Of a stretch of DNA of 64,000 nt, positions 49,001 through 61,479 are shown piece by piece (positions within the stretch are counted from its first letter, which is position 1; each line of letters begins with the position of its first letter). Source of the DNA: Psammoneis japonica (taxonomy: Eukaryota); NCBI GenBank assembly GCA_008632985.1, contig QPGO01000088.1, positions 62,001 to 126,000 of the forward strand. The letters are read 5' to 3'. Under the pieces are notes generated by a model, which was not told the origin of the DNA, searched no databases, and saw nothing but the letters and a program-made list of their open reading frames with translations. The position numbers were made by a program, and so were the translations under genes.

Positions 49001-51127
49001 CGAATCGGGAGTGTTTGGCGAGGTGGCATTCGGCGACAACAATCTACGTGACATTCTCCTGGATGGAGTTGATGGGCCTTTCACCGATGACGATGCAGTA
49101 TTTCGACCTGATCGTGGAGATAACAAACTCCGTCGGCTATACTTTGTGCGGCTCGTAGCTGCTGGTGTTTTCCCCGGCTCTGACGTGATAGATGTTTGGT
49201 CATCACCAATCGTTTTTCGTTTTCGAGCCCGCTCTGATGACCACGGTTTCGATCTTCCTGACGATGATTGAGATGTTGTGGACTTGAAATCATGATGAGA
49301 TTGCACTTTCCTTATCGGACTCTCCAGAAAGAAGCCCGGACCGGGCTCTAAAAGTACCTCATCGACTTTTTCTGGACTAGGACTGGGAGGCTGATCGGGA
49401 AGCATATCCCACAAGGCGACAGATCCAGTTGGTGTCGGCGGAGGGGGTACAGTTTCCAATGCTGGCGATGTCGGATCTCGTGATGACTGAGGCGAATCTG
49501 GCGACGAAAGGGAAGGGGGGGACTCAGTTTTCCGCTGTGATGAAAAGACACTGTCTTGAAACAAAAACGAGGGTTCCGTAGGGGTGCCAATCCACCGCTT
49601 AACACTGCGACTGCCACCTGTTACCGGTGGCGATGTCAGTTTCTTGGAAACCATATCAACAAACAACTTCGGAGTTGTCAACAACTTCTCTTGTTTATCT
49701 CGTAACACATGCTGGCGAACGGACCAAGGAGTTTGTGACGTAGATATCGATGTATTGGATGCTGACTCAACGCTATCACGAATGCTTTTTTGAATGGCCT
49801 TAGCATGTCCCGAGGGGTGTGATGCGGACACGACACCCGGGGATTCAACGCCTTCGATGGGCCTTTCCCTCCCACCTTCATGACCAACGCTCTTCTCTGC
49901 ATAAGCTGATCTGAAATCACCGACAAAATCCGCCGACGGAGTCCCTGTCAAAGACGGGGGCGCTTTTCGGCTACCAGCATCGTGACCGACGTTCTTTTCA
50001 GCATATTCTGACTTAAAATCACCAGCAAAAGCCGCCGACGGAGTCCCTGTCAAAGGTGCGGGTCTGTGTTTTCGGAAAACAGGCGAAGCAAAGGAAGCCT
50101 GTGAATGTTGCAACGAAGCATCCTCTTGCGGTGCGGCGTTGTCCCAAGATTGTCCCGCCCCTGATGGTATAGAATCCTCCACCGTTAAGCTTTCTGATGG
50201 AGTTTTGAGGTCAGAATCTATGCTGGACGAGATTCCAACGTCTGATTCGCTTGCGAGAGCATCGCTTTTGCTCCTAGCTGTTTCTGCCACTTCCCTGATC
50301 ATTGGAGCTGCGGCGTGAGCGACCGTTGATGCAGTCGAAGCTGCTGTTTTTGCCAATCTTCTCAACGATAACGACCATTCGCTGGTATCACTTGAAGTCC
50401 AGACTGGGTTTCTTCGAGGCTTCTTAACTAATCCTTTCCACAGCGGCGTTTGTTGATTTCTTTCAGCTTCCTCTTGTGCCCTCTTTGCAGCCGCACCGGC
50501 TTCTGCGGCCGCTAATACAGGGTCCATAAATGCTACATCTTCTTCAATGTGTGGAACACGGGTGTCAACGCGTTTTCGACCAGCTAAGTCCACATCGGAA
50601 ATCGCCTGACGGTCCCTCTTGCCTCGCCTACCAAAACTCTTAACATTGCTTTGGTGTTCTGTCACATCGAGTCCATGCTTTTCGACACTTATAACATCTT
50701 CTCCACCATTATTTTGCGAACCGATTCCATTCGTGGGCGTTTCGAGAGACAATACACGGGAGACAGATTCTTCTGTTGGAGTTCCGGTACTCGTCTTCAG
50801 CCGAGATTGTGCCGCTGCAGCTACGGCAGCTGCTATTCCTCCAACTGCTTCAGAGGGCGCGCTTGCTGGATTCCCCTTTCGACCGACATCTCGGTTTCGC
50901 GCTGCAGCAGCAGCCGCCGCTGCGATTCCACCCAATGGAGCACCGCTTTCTCCTCTAGAAAGGGCAGCAGCCGCAGCAGCCTCGGCTATTCCTCCGCGAT
51001 TTATCCCTCTTCTTTCTCTTAAACCAGAGGAAGTTTCATCTGTGAGGTCCGGCTCTGCCTCCGCATCCTTCTCGTGAAGAGCACCGCGAGATTTCTCATT
51101 TTCCGACTCGCTACTCGAGTCATCCAT
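40093..51127 (-). CDS. Giant (~3650 aa) low-complexity repeat protein with a RelA/SpoT-like nucleotidyltransferase domain and a C-terminal TPR-like region; intron 47832-47910
   Basis: A GT..AG intron joins the 1074-aa and 2574-aa ORFs in frame and creates GYRHLLVNLRLKDGMLAEIQLQL. Upstream motifs are KANRKY.GD...KDVLRA and VVRIRNLF. The C-terminus has HPMTL/HPNVL helical repeats. Confidence 0.75.
41700..43750 (-). repeat. Dispersed coding repeats (PPVGGIAAAAAAAA-basic), ~10 units within three larger duplicated blocks
   Basis: The block EDL.SA.PP...GGGIAAAAAAAA.SR...KE....SEEA occurs three times in translation. Confidence 0.85.
45330..47290 (-). repeat. Coding tandem array of ~22 units (~85-100 bp each) encoding PTPSLGGGIAAAAAAAASRKR
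   Basis: Recurrent TTTCGAGACGCCGCC...GCGATACCTCCACCAAGAGACGGGGTCGG on the + strand. Confidence 0.95.
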
Positions 51128-51617
51128 GATTTTTGTGCTGCTTGCGTCGCGAAGAGAGTATACAAAAACTGCTACAGGAACTGGGAATAGGTTTTAATCA
51201 TGGGAATACCTTTATCAATTCGTCAGTGTTGAGACCCAATCGAGTGCGAATCGTCGCTCGCGTTTTCGTTGTTGTCGTTTGAGTGCCATATAATAGGAAG
51301 ACGGGCGCTCTCCTTCTTCATGCCGTCATCTTTGGGCAGGCGATGCCGCGATGCCTTCCGCGCATCGTCTCCTCTGCTCTTTTTTCACTGCAGAAAACAT
51401 TTATTTATATTTTCATGTATTTTGGTAATTTATTAGATATAAATATTTGTATTCATCATTGAACATGTGATTTCCTTTTTCCCGCCATTTTTGGTTCTTG
51501 TCGCAATTCCGTGATTTGTACCATGAAAACCACGACGCCAATTGGACCATGACGGCGTTTGCTTCCCTTCCTTGACGAAGTTGATACCAAAGCGCCAGAG
51601 CGGGTACTGTAATAACG

Positions 51618-52835
51618 ATGACATTGGTGGTCCTTAGGTGGGGAAGAGAAAGCCCATTAGCTGCATTTCTCTTTCATCAGAAACGATGTTACAGCGAGTT
51701 GTCGTTTGCTTTGCCAGGCGATCCTTCCAACGTTCTGAAATACCATTCCTTACCCCTACAGAATGACATGGATCCCCCGGCTTCTGATTCTGAAACACTT
51801 CTCCGAGTCAAGATGTTGAGTGCCCCTGTCAATCCCGCCGATATCAATTCTGTTCAAGGTCGATACCCAACGCCAGACCGTCAAAGCGAGCAGCTCCTTG
51901 AATCTCTGAGACAAAGCCGTCATGTGAAAGGCCATACTGTTGCAGGTTCAGAGGGTCTGGGAATCGTGACGGATGCTTGGGGCAAGAGCAGTGACATAAA
52001 GGTCGGCGAAATTGTAACCATGGGACGAGCAGGTTTGGGTACCTTTCGCTCTTCATTTTGGGCTCCTCCTTCTCTTTTGATTCCAGTCGAACGTGGCCAC
52101 GATCTGTATGCAAAGGGAGACCAAGTGTCCACTCTTGCACAACTGGGTGGTACAGCGATTCGTTTATTGCGAGACTTTTGCGAGGTGCAGTCAGGAGAAG
52201 TGATAATTCAAAATGCGGGAAATTCAGGTGTCGGTTTCATGCTCAGTCAACTGGCACATCTCGACGCAAAGAAGATTGGGGTTGTGAGTATTGTACGTCG
52301 TGGTAGAAGAACACAGAGTCAATGGGGTGAACTCGTCAAACATTTGACTAGCAACGGAAAATGCAGAAAAGTTGTGGCAGAAGAAGATTTGTTGGCAGGA
52401 AAGGAGGCTGTCCGAGATTTTCAATCAATGTTGCGATCCATATCACGTACTAACCAGCTACCTCTTTTAGGGCTTAACGCTGTGGGAGGAGATAGCGCGT
52501 CATTAATACAAAAATGCCTCGGTCCGGGTGCGACCATGGTAACCTACGGAGGCATGTCGATGCGCCCTGTCATGGCTTCCACATCCAGTTTGATATTTCA
52601 GGACTTGAGATTAAGGGGGTACTGGCACTCACGGTGGATGGCGCAGAGTAGTCTTTCGGCAAGAAAGAAAATGATAGACGAATTGGTTGACGCAGTGTTG
52701 GACGACGGTGTGTTGTGCCCCCCGGTGAAACAATTTGCCTTGTCGGATTTTCAAGATGCTATCCGATTCGACGCCGGACAATCAGACAACGCCATTCGTG
52801 AGAAGGTTGTCTTTCAATGCGCCGACGAATCATAG
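51618..52835 (+). CDS. MECR: Mitochondrial trans-2-enoyl-ACP/CoA reductase (MDR family)
   Basis: APVNPADINSVQGRYP, GSEGLG, IIQNAGNSGVG, LGLNAVGG, MVTYGGMS, LIFQDLRLRGYW. Confidence 0.88.
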   Translation: MTLVVLRWGRESPLAAFLFHQKRCYSELSFALPGDPSNVLKYHSLPLQNDMDPPASDSETLLRVKMLSAPVNPADINSVQGRYPTPDRQSEQLLESLRQSRHVKGHTVAGSEGLGIVTDAWGKSSDIKVGEIVTMGRAGLGTFRSSFWAPPSLLIPVERGHDLYAKGDQVSTLAQLGGTAIRLLRDFCEVQSGEVIIQNAGNSGVGFMLSQLAHLDAKKIGVVSIVRRGRRTQSQWGELVKHLTSNGKCRKVVAEEDLLAGKEAVRDFQSMLRSISRTNQLPLLGLNAVGGDSASLIQKCLGPGATMVTYGGMSMRPVMASTSSLIFQDLRLRGYWHSRWMAQSSLSARKKMIDELVDAVLDDGVLCPPVKQFALSDFQDAIRFDAGQSDNAIREKVVFQCADES

Positions 52836-52955
52836 TTAAGTTTGCCTTAAACCGCACATGCATTCTATTTTTCGTGTTATGTAATCTGTATACAATCTCT
52901 ACGATGCCCGCCAAAATTGCGCTACTCGTTCCAGGACAACCATGACTGAAACCAT

Positions 52956-55286
52956 TTAGCACTCGCATCGTCCTGCGCCAATGGACAAGGCTCCCTCGAT
53001 ATCCGCCCCGTCCTTGTGCGCACTGACGATCCATTCGTGAGTTTCTTCGACCTTGTTTAGTCTGTAAATCAAGAGAGCTCTTGTAATATAGGAGTCCGCA
53101 AGGTTGAATAGCCTTTGTTCAAACGCTATCCTACCAAGTTTGTGCAGCATTCGCGCCACTTCGATCGTATGCTTTCCGTATGCCTTCATCTTAATTTTGA
53201 GTGCCTCTTCACCAAGCTCCATTGCTTTGTCAAGATCTCCAAGTTTCTGGTGAACATCGCCCATGCAGGATGCCGTCGCTGCAACTGAGACGTGATCATC
53301 TCCCAACAGTTTCCTTTGAAGCGCGAGAACCTTTTCATAAATGGTGAGAGCTTCGTCGTAGTTGCCCCTCGCCGCTTCGATGGTACCAATGTTGTGGAGT
53401 GTAATAGCAACCTCAGGATGCGATAACCCAAGACGACCGCTTTCAAGCTTGAGTACCTGCTGATACTTTTCATAGGCAGAATCCATATCCCCCTTCTCTT
53501 TATGGAGATTTCCAATATTGCCGAGAATTGCCGCAACATTGGGATGCTGTGGTCCAAGCGCCTGTTTCATTCCTCGCAGCGCAGCACCATAAGCATCTAA
53601 TGCAAAGCTATACTGACCTTGCTTCCGGTATAATTGTCCAATCTGGTGGAGCGTCAACGCGACATCAACATCGGCAAAGGTATCTCGTTCTTCCGCCGTA
53701 GCAAAATATTTCCCGCCTGAAGTCTTCTTGCCACTACTAGGACTGTTCGTTCTACCACCGGCGGGAAAATAAGAGTTGTACAATCGTGTCATTGAATTGT
53801 CTCCAGCGGGTCCTTCGCTTCTAGTCCGCGTGGTGAGAAACACTTCCATCTCTCCGTTTTCAGAGTTTTTTGATTTGCTTTCGTTTTCGACGAATGCTTG
53901 GGATGCCTTGGCCACCTCTACAGATGCAACAGTTTTTCTATTTTCCCCGCCACTCGGTGCAGAGTCATCCTCCGGTGTGTTTCTCATTCCCGATGTCCTC
54001 GCCGATCGCCACTCCGCGGCGCATTCTAGGCTTTTCTGATACATCTCAAGTGCGTTGTCTTCTTCTCCCCATCTTTCATAGATGGTTCCCATGTCCCTGT
54101 ATGAGACACTACGCGCCAAAGGATTTCCAGAAGGATTGTTTGACGTCTCTTCGTCATCTTCATCATCAAACGCCGGTGCATCCTGGAGGGCAAGCTCATA
54201 AATCTGCATTGCTTCCTTCATTTCTCCTCGCTTCATTTGGATGCTACCAAGCATATTCAAAAGAACAACCAAACTTGGGTGCGATCGACTCAGGTTGTCA
54301 CGTCTGATTCTGTAGGCAATCGTGTACATTTTGAGTGCTTTGACGAGGTCACCGGATTCTTCGTGACGAAGCCCCATTTTTACAATATTTGCCGAGTTCT
54401 TGAACGACGTCTCAGCATGATGAGCGTGGTTAAGCAACTCCAGGGTTGAACTAACAGTAGGATGGTCATCAGGATATTTCGCTTCCTTCAACTGGTCCAG
54501 AGCTTTCACATAGTACTTGATCGCATAGGAGTAGTTGAAATGCTTCTCTTGAGCACGACGGGCTTTCGACAAGAGTCGTGTCACTTCAGCTCTCGTCTTT
54601 TTGTTTTCCACGAAGGACATCGTAAGGTTCTCCGATCCTGACGTTTTGGATGAAGCTTGGGTGTGAATGATTTCAGGGGTATCGCCTGTTTCTGCACTCT
54701 CCCAAACCATAGTTGGTTTGGTTAACGCTGGTGATTCTGAAGATTTATGAATGCGGCTTTTTGACTTATCGCCCGAAGACTGTTTTGTGACCGCTTTCGT
54801 GCTCCCAGAAAAGATGGATCTCCGCATAAAAGCCTTAATGTTGAAAGTCCCCGAACCAGATCCATATGAAGTATCCGATGTTTTGTGCCCTTTCTTGTCG
54901 ATTTCGTCGTCCCCGTCTTCTATACTCCAGCGGACCCGATTTGTGTTTCTCGTTTCGAACAAGGCCATGACTGGGTCGGCCTCCCTGATACCTGCTTCCC
55001 CATCTAACCTATCTTTTTCTTTTACAAATACCGTGTCACTCGTTCTCCGTACAGCTTTAGGTCGCTTCGGAGCGGATTTCACAGATCGAAACCGCACTTG
55101 CTTTGTTTGCCCCTTTGCCTTGGACTTTTGTGAGTTTCCTTTCCTCTGGGGAGTGTCCTCTCCTCCAATCAAGATTCCGTCGACATTCATTAGTTTCGAG
55201 CTCCGCAAATGTTGAGGGGAGGACGACATGCTTCCTCTCTGCTTTCTTGCCGGGGCCGCTGAGCTACTATTTGCTATTTGTGACAT
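52956..55286 (-). CDS. TPR-repeat protein (kinesin light chain/nephrocystin-3-like 42-aa repeats)
   Basis: Repeats LGPQHPNVAAILGNIG, LGLSHPEVAITLHNIG and LGDDHVSVAAT. Confidence 0.85.
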   Translation of the reverse strand: MSQIANSSSAAPARKQRGSMSSSPQHLRSSKLMNVDGILIGGEDTPQRKGNSQKSKAKGQTKQVRFRSVKSAPKRPKAVRRTSDTVFVKEKDRLDGEAGIREADPVMALFETRNTNRVRWSIEDGDDEIDKKGHKTSDTSYGSGSGTFNIKAFMRRSIFSGSTKAVTKQSSGDKSKSRIHKSSESPALTKPTMVWESAETGDTPEIIHTQASSKTSGSENLTMSFVENKKTRAEVTRLLSKARRAQEKHFNYSYAIKYYVKALDQLKEAKYPDDHPTVSSTLELLNHAHHAETSFKNSANIVKMGLRHEESGDLVKALKMYTIAYRIRRDNLSRSHPSLVVLLNMLGSIQMKRGEMKEAMQIYELALQDAPAFDDEDDEETSNNPSGNPLARSVSYRDMGTIYERWGEEDNALEMYQKSLECAAEWRSARTSGMRNTPEDDSAPSGGENRKTVASVEVAKASQAFVENESKSKNSENGEMEVFLTTRTRSEGPAGDNSMTRLYNSYFPAGGRTNSPSSGKKTSGGKYFATAEERDTFADVDVALTLHQIGQLYRKQGQYSFALDAYGAALRGMKQALGPQHPNVAAILGNIGNLHKEKGDMDSAYEKYQQVLKLESGRLGLSHPEVAITLHNIGTIEAARGNYDEALTIYEKVLALQRKLLGDDHVSVAATASCMGDVHQKLGDLDKAMELGEEALKIKMKAYGKHTIEVARMLHKLGRIAFEQRLFNLADSYITRALLIYRLNKVEETHEWIVSAHKDGADIEGALSIGAGRCEC

Positions 55287-55708
55287 GATTCTCCTGTGTA
55301 ACTCACTGTAGTATTCGAACTACAGTATGTTCACGCCTTCCTACAGCGACGATGAACGATGAACGATGCAATGGAATGACAGAGACCAGACGATTTCTGG
55401 AACTTCCAGTGTTTTAGTTTCGCGTCAACGGAAAATGAAATTTCTTCAGTCGTGTCAATAACACACAATATTGGATACTTACATATATAATATACATATT
55501 CAATATCTAATAAGTGTTATATCATACTGTATTGTTCAAATATCGATATTATTAATTCAGACCCATCAATGTTACTGTACAGTACAGCATAGACTACTAC
55601 TACCGTAGCTAGCTAGCTCTCTAGCAGCTAGAAGTAACTACTCTCTCTAGCTAGAGCTAGAAGTAGAGAGGTACGCTGTAATCCATAAGGTACGATAGAT
55701 TCTTCTAT

Positions 55709-57441
55709 CTATTCTAGTTTATGATGGACTCCTTTTTCTTCTCCCCTACTAGGGAGCCATAGATGCCAACATGACACTAGCCAAGCCAAGCAGAACATGC
55801 CACAGCCTAAAATGCTCCAAAAGACCGCAAACAAATCAGGAAGCTGAGGCGGCAGGTCGACCACAATTTCCAAGAAGTGCATCACCAACATTGTTGCATA
55901 AGATAAAGGAACGACCAACCATGCCAAAGGAATTTGTCTAAAGCAGGATCTTTGATCCAAAAGTGCAGTCTGGCCACCTGTTTCCGCGTCTTCCCAGAAC
56001 AGCAAGGCCAAAACTATGTACATTATGGTGATGCACACATATCCAACCTCGACACGGTCCACTCGCATCAAAGGCCAAAGACTCCAAGTACTCACGAGAG
56101 ATAACCAGTTTACAAACCGAAAGTCTTCCCATATTAGAAGCGAGGCAGGCGCAATTGCCATCAAAATGCTCTTTTCGTGAACTTGAAAGCTCGCAAGAAA
56201 GAATGCAAGACCGGTACTTGTAGTGCCCCACAAGAGAGCTCGCCAGTCGCTTTCGGCAATAGCCCTGCCTGGCTTACTAGATGATCTTACACGTCCGACT
56301 TGAAAGAGCTTTATGCATGTAGGTAAAACCAAAATCAGCGTCGTGGCAAGAGCAATAATAGGTAGAGCGGATTCTGGAATGCGTTCACGAATTGAAAACG
56401 GCTTGGTCGACAAGGCGCACCACAAATTCGATACCTTCCCCTCAAAAAGTCCTCGTTGGAACGGAAAAATACGCCGCAGAACATGAATCAAGCGTTCTAG
56501 CGCTGTCGTATCATCAATCTGACTGGGTGCGAACCACACAAATGGCCACCATTGGACCGCAAAAGTTATCACGACAGTGACGGCGAGTGCGACAAATCTG
56601 GTGGCGAACTGTAGAGCATCTCCGCCACAACATCGGCCGAGAAGATAGCAAAAGACTGCCGGAGCATAGTATAAGGTCATTTGTTTGAAGTTCAGCGCCA
56701 AACAAAACCAAAACGCCCCGATAACGCAGCTAGCAAACGGACGCCTCTCGTCGAAGGCAGTCATGTAATGAAACGACCACAATGCAAACCCAAGAGACAC
56801 TGAATTGTACTGAAAATGAGCATGGTCAATCAACAGTAGTGCTGGCTACAACAGCGATAATAGGGGGAACAGCCAAGTTAACGGGCTTGCGCCAACTGCA
56901 AAAAGATCATTCAGTCCGCTTGAATTACCTGAGACATTGCCATTGCGAAAGTCCACATTGAATGCATATCGCGCGATTCTCTTCCTCTTCTCGATACTAT
57001 CCAGACGGCAGATCCATAGACTAGCAAGTCAAGTACAATGACAGTCCCTCTCATGAATCCCTTGTGCGTCTCATCTTCAAAACCCCGAGATTCGTACAGC
57101 GCAACAGATTCTGGCCCCACCAAGTAGGACGAAAGAACTCCGCAAACATAGGAAACGTAGGCAGTCAGAGGAGGGTAATCAAGTCCCCAGTATTCCAAAT
57201 CATACCAATACCAATCGCCTATGGGAAGGTGAAGCGTCAATTCCATCCAGTGCCTCTGCGCTTCGTAGTCTCCACCGTATGCCGCGACATTCCCATGATA
57301 ATTGTCTTGGCCGGAATGAGGCTCGTAACCGAGACTGCTACGAACAATCACCAGCATGCACCACACACAAACTACAAAACTGGTTGACAAATCATTGCCT
57401 GCACTCGATGACGAGCCGTTGGATGCCACGTGCTTTCCCAT
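55709..57441 (-). CDS. ALG6: Dolichyl-PP-Man9GlcNAc2 alpha-1,3-glucosyltransferase; intron 56846-56928
   Basis: GDYEAQRHWMELT, YWGLDYPPLTAY, LIDHAHFQYN, NFKQMTLYYAP, RIFPFQRGLFEGKVSNLWC, FQVHEKSIL. Confidence 0.93.
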
Positions 57442-58228
57442 CGTGTGGCATCTGATTGATGAATAAACAGTATCATCAATCATCATGCCTCCAGCCACAT
57501 TGCGAGCAAGCAAGATGATGTACCGGTATGTTACGCGGTGTCGTGTGTGTGCGGTGCCCGTGCCCGCCGTGCGTCGACAAGGGGTCGAATCATCATCAAT
57601 CTCCAATCATCATCATCCATCTCTACCGGTAGAGGGTAGGAGAAGTATGGCTGATATGTGTCTATCTCTCACAGTACCGCGCAGTCCGACTTTTGCAACA
57701 GAAGAACAAGATGCATCACTTTGAAGGAGTGACGGTACTCTCGGAGTCTTTGCAGTGGATTTCTTCCTCTTAATCTTGGCAACTGCTGCAGTTTCAACAT
57801 CACGAGAAATGACCCTTTTTTCAAGTTAGTCAAACTTCTAGTCAAACTAGGCCTCAGTTCGATATCTCTTGTCTCTACTGTAGGCCTCTAGGCCTAGAGC
57901 GTATCTTGAGAACGAAAGCAGAAGCGTTGGCGCAGTCACGAATCTCAAGAAAATCCCGACTTGCCCAATACCTGCCTTTTGAATTTTTTTGGTTTCAGAC
58001 GTTGATCGATAATTTTTATTCTCATGTCTGTATAAAAAATTGTATTACAAGATTCGTGACTCATTGATCCAATCAGGTGCCATGAAACAGATTTCGATCG
58101 AAAGATGTCAGCCCGCTTCAACATTCCAATCATTGTTGAGTTCTCGCATCGATTTTCTTGATTCATTCTTGAGAGCCAAACATACATTGAACATTGCTTT
58201 CTCTATTACAACGTTTTCTCTTCAGACA

Positions 58229-58474
58229 ATGACACCACGAAGTAACCCCTGCGAACGGGACCGACGAAATGCTCGTTTAGCGAAGCAAGCTGCTGCTGAC
58301 GAGCAGTTTCAGGATCTTCGTGAAATATCCAAACGACTTCGCCAGATCAAGCGACGCTTGTTCCTTGAGCACATGGAGAGAACCATGCAAAGCCAAGAGC
58401 AAGCCATACCCGATGCAGAGTCCATCCAGTGCATTCAGCGGGCTGCTGCACCAAACAAGGTCATCCTTCTTTGA
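58229..58474 (+). CDS. Hypothetical small basic helical protein (81 aa)
   Basis: ACAATG start context and protein-like composition. No family recognised. Confidence 0.35.
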   Translation: MTPRSNPCERDRRNARLAKQAAADEQFQDLREISKRLRQIKRRLFLEHMERTMQSQEQAIPDAESIQCIQRAAAPNKVILL

Positions 58475-58806
58475 ATCGTTGTCTGTGGTCTTCAATACAC
58501 ACCGATGTCGATTGTCCGGAAAAGTAACTTGTCGATGATATCCGAAGAGGTGACGTCTATGTTGGAGAGCACTTTGACGGATTTTTTTCGAATCTTTCGT
58601 CCCACGGAATATGTATTAGAATGTTTGTGGTTCTCAAGATCTGTGTTGGTTGGTATCGATAGAAAGTGTCGATTTTGTTTTCAGCTTTGGATTCTTTGCT
58701 CAGGTGCAGCAAGAGATGCTAGTTTGAGCTGCTAGCCCTTTTTGATAAGTAAACTAGATACTCGTTGACATTCTGTGGATTGCCCGCGTTTCGGCTTCTT
58801 TCGTCC

Positions 58807-58916
58807 TTATTGAATATTTTACAGCGACTTGTCCAAGCCAATTTAATCACGAGTAAGTGGGTTATTGAATATTTTACAGCGACTTGTCTAAGCCAATTTA
58901 ATCACGAGTAAGTGGG
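58807..58916. repeat. Tandem duplication, 55 bp x 2, one mismatch
   Basis: TTATTGAATATTTTACAGCGACTTGTC(C/T)AAGCCAATTTAATCACGAGTAAGTGGG at 58807 and 58862. Confidence 0.95.
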
Positions 58917-59299
58917 TATGGGGCCAATTCAGATGCTGGAACGACAGGGTCTCTTGGCAGAACCATCTTTGAGGCGAAAAGTTCCTAACAGGGTGACTTA
59001 TTTTGTGGGTAGGCACATAACTAAGACATATCGTGGGGAAGATGCAAGTTTTCGAGGTCCATGCGGTTTAATTGAGACGCCGTCGTACCAAAAGTGGCAC
59101 AAGCAATCATTGGATTGATAGAACGATGAAGAATATTGGCGCCAGAGGTCTCACAGTGGAGAAGCATGATAATTGCCGAGAGTATCGACTAATCATCTGG
59201 CATCTTTGCAACAAATAATATGAAATTGGTTCTACGGTAGCTTACCAAACAAACGAGGCTTGAAAATGAATATACAGTGCTCCCCTTACGGTGATGCCT

Positions 59300-61189
59300 C
59301 TAAGCTAATTGGACCTCCGTTTCCTTCTTACTTTCATCAGTTTCAAAAACGGCGGCCGAGATTTCATCCTCTATCAACGCCTTGTCCTCGTCTGCTACTT
59401 GGGAGAATGCAGGATCTGAAGAATCCTCAATCACCTGTATGTGTTCTTCAATAAGCTGTGGCACTGCATCTTTCTTGGGCTTCTCCTCTTGATAAGAACC
59501 AGTAACGGCTTCCTCTGGAAGCCTGCCCAGGAGTCGTCTCTTTACAAAGCCTCCTACGCGTCCCACGGTATTTCCTAACAGAGATCCTGCCACCTTATCA
59601 GCAACTAGAACGGTTTTCTTCGTCTTGGATACCTTGATGGGCGTACCATCAGGGTTGAATCCTGGCATTTCACGCATACGCTTCATTTCCTCACGGGCAA
59701 TCATGCCCTTGGAAATAGCTCCAACAACCTTGAGAGTTGGGCAAGGTGATTTTACCTGGTTTGCCACAGGCCATTCAGCACCCGTGATTTCTGTCGAGTA
59801 TTTGAACAATTTCGAAGCAAGCTCCACATCAAGAACCTTATCTGACTGATCATTCTCGAAGATACTATCCCATCTTTAGGTCAAGAGAGAGTGCATTGGT
59901 GAGTATAATAGTTCGCTTCGCATTCTGTGCCATAATGGTTATGCAATACTTGTCTTACCCGCCTCCAGCGCCGTTGCCTCCCGAGATTTGGCCGCCTTTC
60001 TCGAGTGCCTCCAATCCTCGACCTTCCCGCGGTCCGCCATTCCATGACCAGTAAACGCCCGATTTGGAGCATCTTGGGTCATGTGCCACCTGGAAGAGAC
60101 GTTGTCCGGCTTCCTCTTCTCCAACAAATCCGCCGGTGATGTACTTCATGAACACAGGAAAGTACTGTCGGAACCATGCTCTCTTTTCGCGGAAAAGAGG
60201 AGACTCAGCGATGCATCCGGGATAAATGCTCGAGAAGGAAATGCCTGTCTTCTTGTTGTACTTGGCATGCAACAAGTTTGAAAGCATCATCAGGCATAGC
60301 TTGGAATCCTTGTACGCCTTTGCGCCAATAAAAGCGTATCCATCGGCCATTGCAATCGGGTTCTCAAATCCCGCCTTAAATCCTGCAAGATCATGGAGAT
60401 CTGCAATTGGGTAAACACCGCCTCCACCAACCTGAGAACAGCGAAAAGAAAAAATAGAGAAGCTCGCATGAGGTGAAATGGCAGGAAGCAAAACTGAGGA
60501 AAAAGGTGAAGGCTTACCGTGTTGTCGTTCCCTGTGACGCTGCCTACAAGGATCACGCGCGGATCATCAGCGTATTTCATGTCCTCCAAGAGCTCGCTAA
60601 TCATGAGGAAGTGGCTAAGATAGTTGATCTGCATCGTTTGCTCGTGGCCGTCCATACTCCACTTGGCATGAGGGAGAGAAGGTTGATAAACACCAGCGTT
60701 GCAGATAAGTCGATCAATAGGTTTCTGAATCTTGAACTCTTTCAGTTCGTCGCAGAACTTTCGAACTGAGTCGAAAGAGTTAAGCTCGCAGTGCATCGGC
60801 GTGAAGTTCTCCATGTCGAATCCGTCAATCTCCGCGACAGCCTCCATTTTGTCAAGGTCACGCACTGCTCCCACAACGTGATACTTTCCAGTCCGAAGAA
60901 GAGCGATTGCTGTTTTACGGCCGAGACCTGAAGAAGTACCAGTGATGACAACGAGTTCTGAAAAGACAAGAGAGATTCGCAAAATTGGTGAGCTTCTTCT
61001 CTGAAAAAGTTGGTGCGTCACAGAAAAAAGTTACGAGCTTCACTTCTTCTTACTCTTGTTGCCAAACTTCTGTTTGGTTTCACTGGCGGCCGCCATATCA
61101 TTCAGCGACGGCATCTTCAAGTTCGACATGAACTTGAATGCATTGCATCCTGCCAAAAGGAGGGAAAGGATGAACACTTTCTTCATCAT
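59300..61189 (-). CDS. POR: Light-dependent NADPH:protochlorophyllide oxidoreductase, POR2-type with C-terminal extension; introns 60958-61053, 60432-60517, 59874-59958; ~540 aa
   Basis: Bipartite leader (CNA-FKF), VITGTSSGLG, LICNAGVY, catalytic YKDSK, YPGCIAESPLFRE, SGVYWSWN. Confidence 0.92.
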
Positions 61190-61479
61190 GGTGGTTCACT
61201 CCGCCATCAAACTGGAAAATGCGAAGCAAAAGATTGGCGTCGCACAACTTCGCGGCGTTTGCTTTCCCATCTACCTACAGAGATTTCTACGCAAGATAAT
61301 ACTAATTCCTAATTTCAACTTCAAGGATTTGGGATCGGCATCTGGCAATGGTCTCATGACCTCTTTCAACCACGGCCGATTCTCGTGAAAACGCTTCACA
61401 ACACAGACATGCCAGAGGGAAAGAGTTATTCGAGACTGTATAAAGTCAGATGACGTAGAACGACGCAAGAGTTTTGATT

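Noticed and set aside
52956..55286. Functional pairing of the TPR protein with the RelA/SpoT-like giant gene
   Set aside because: Proximity only; such TPR proteins are common, and MECR lies between them.
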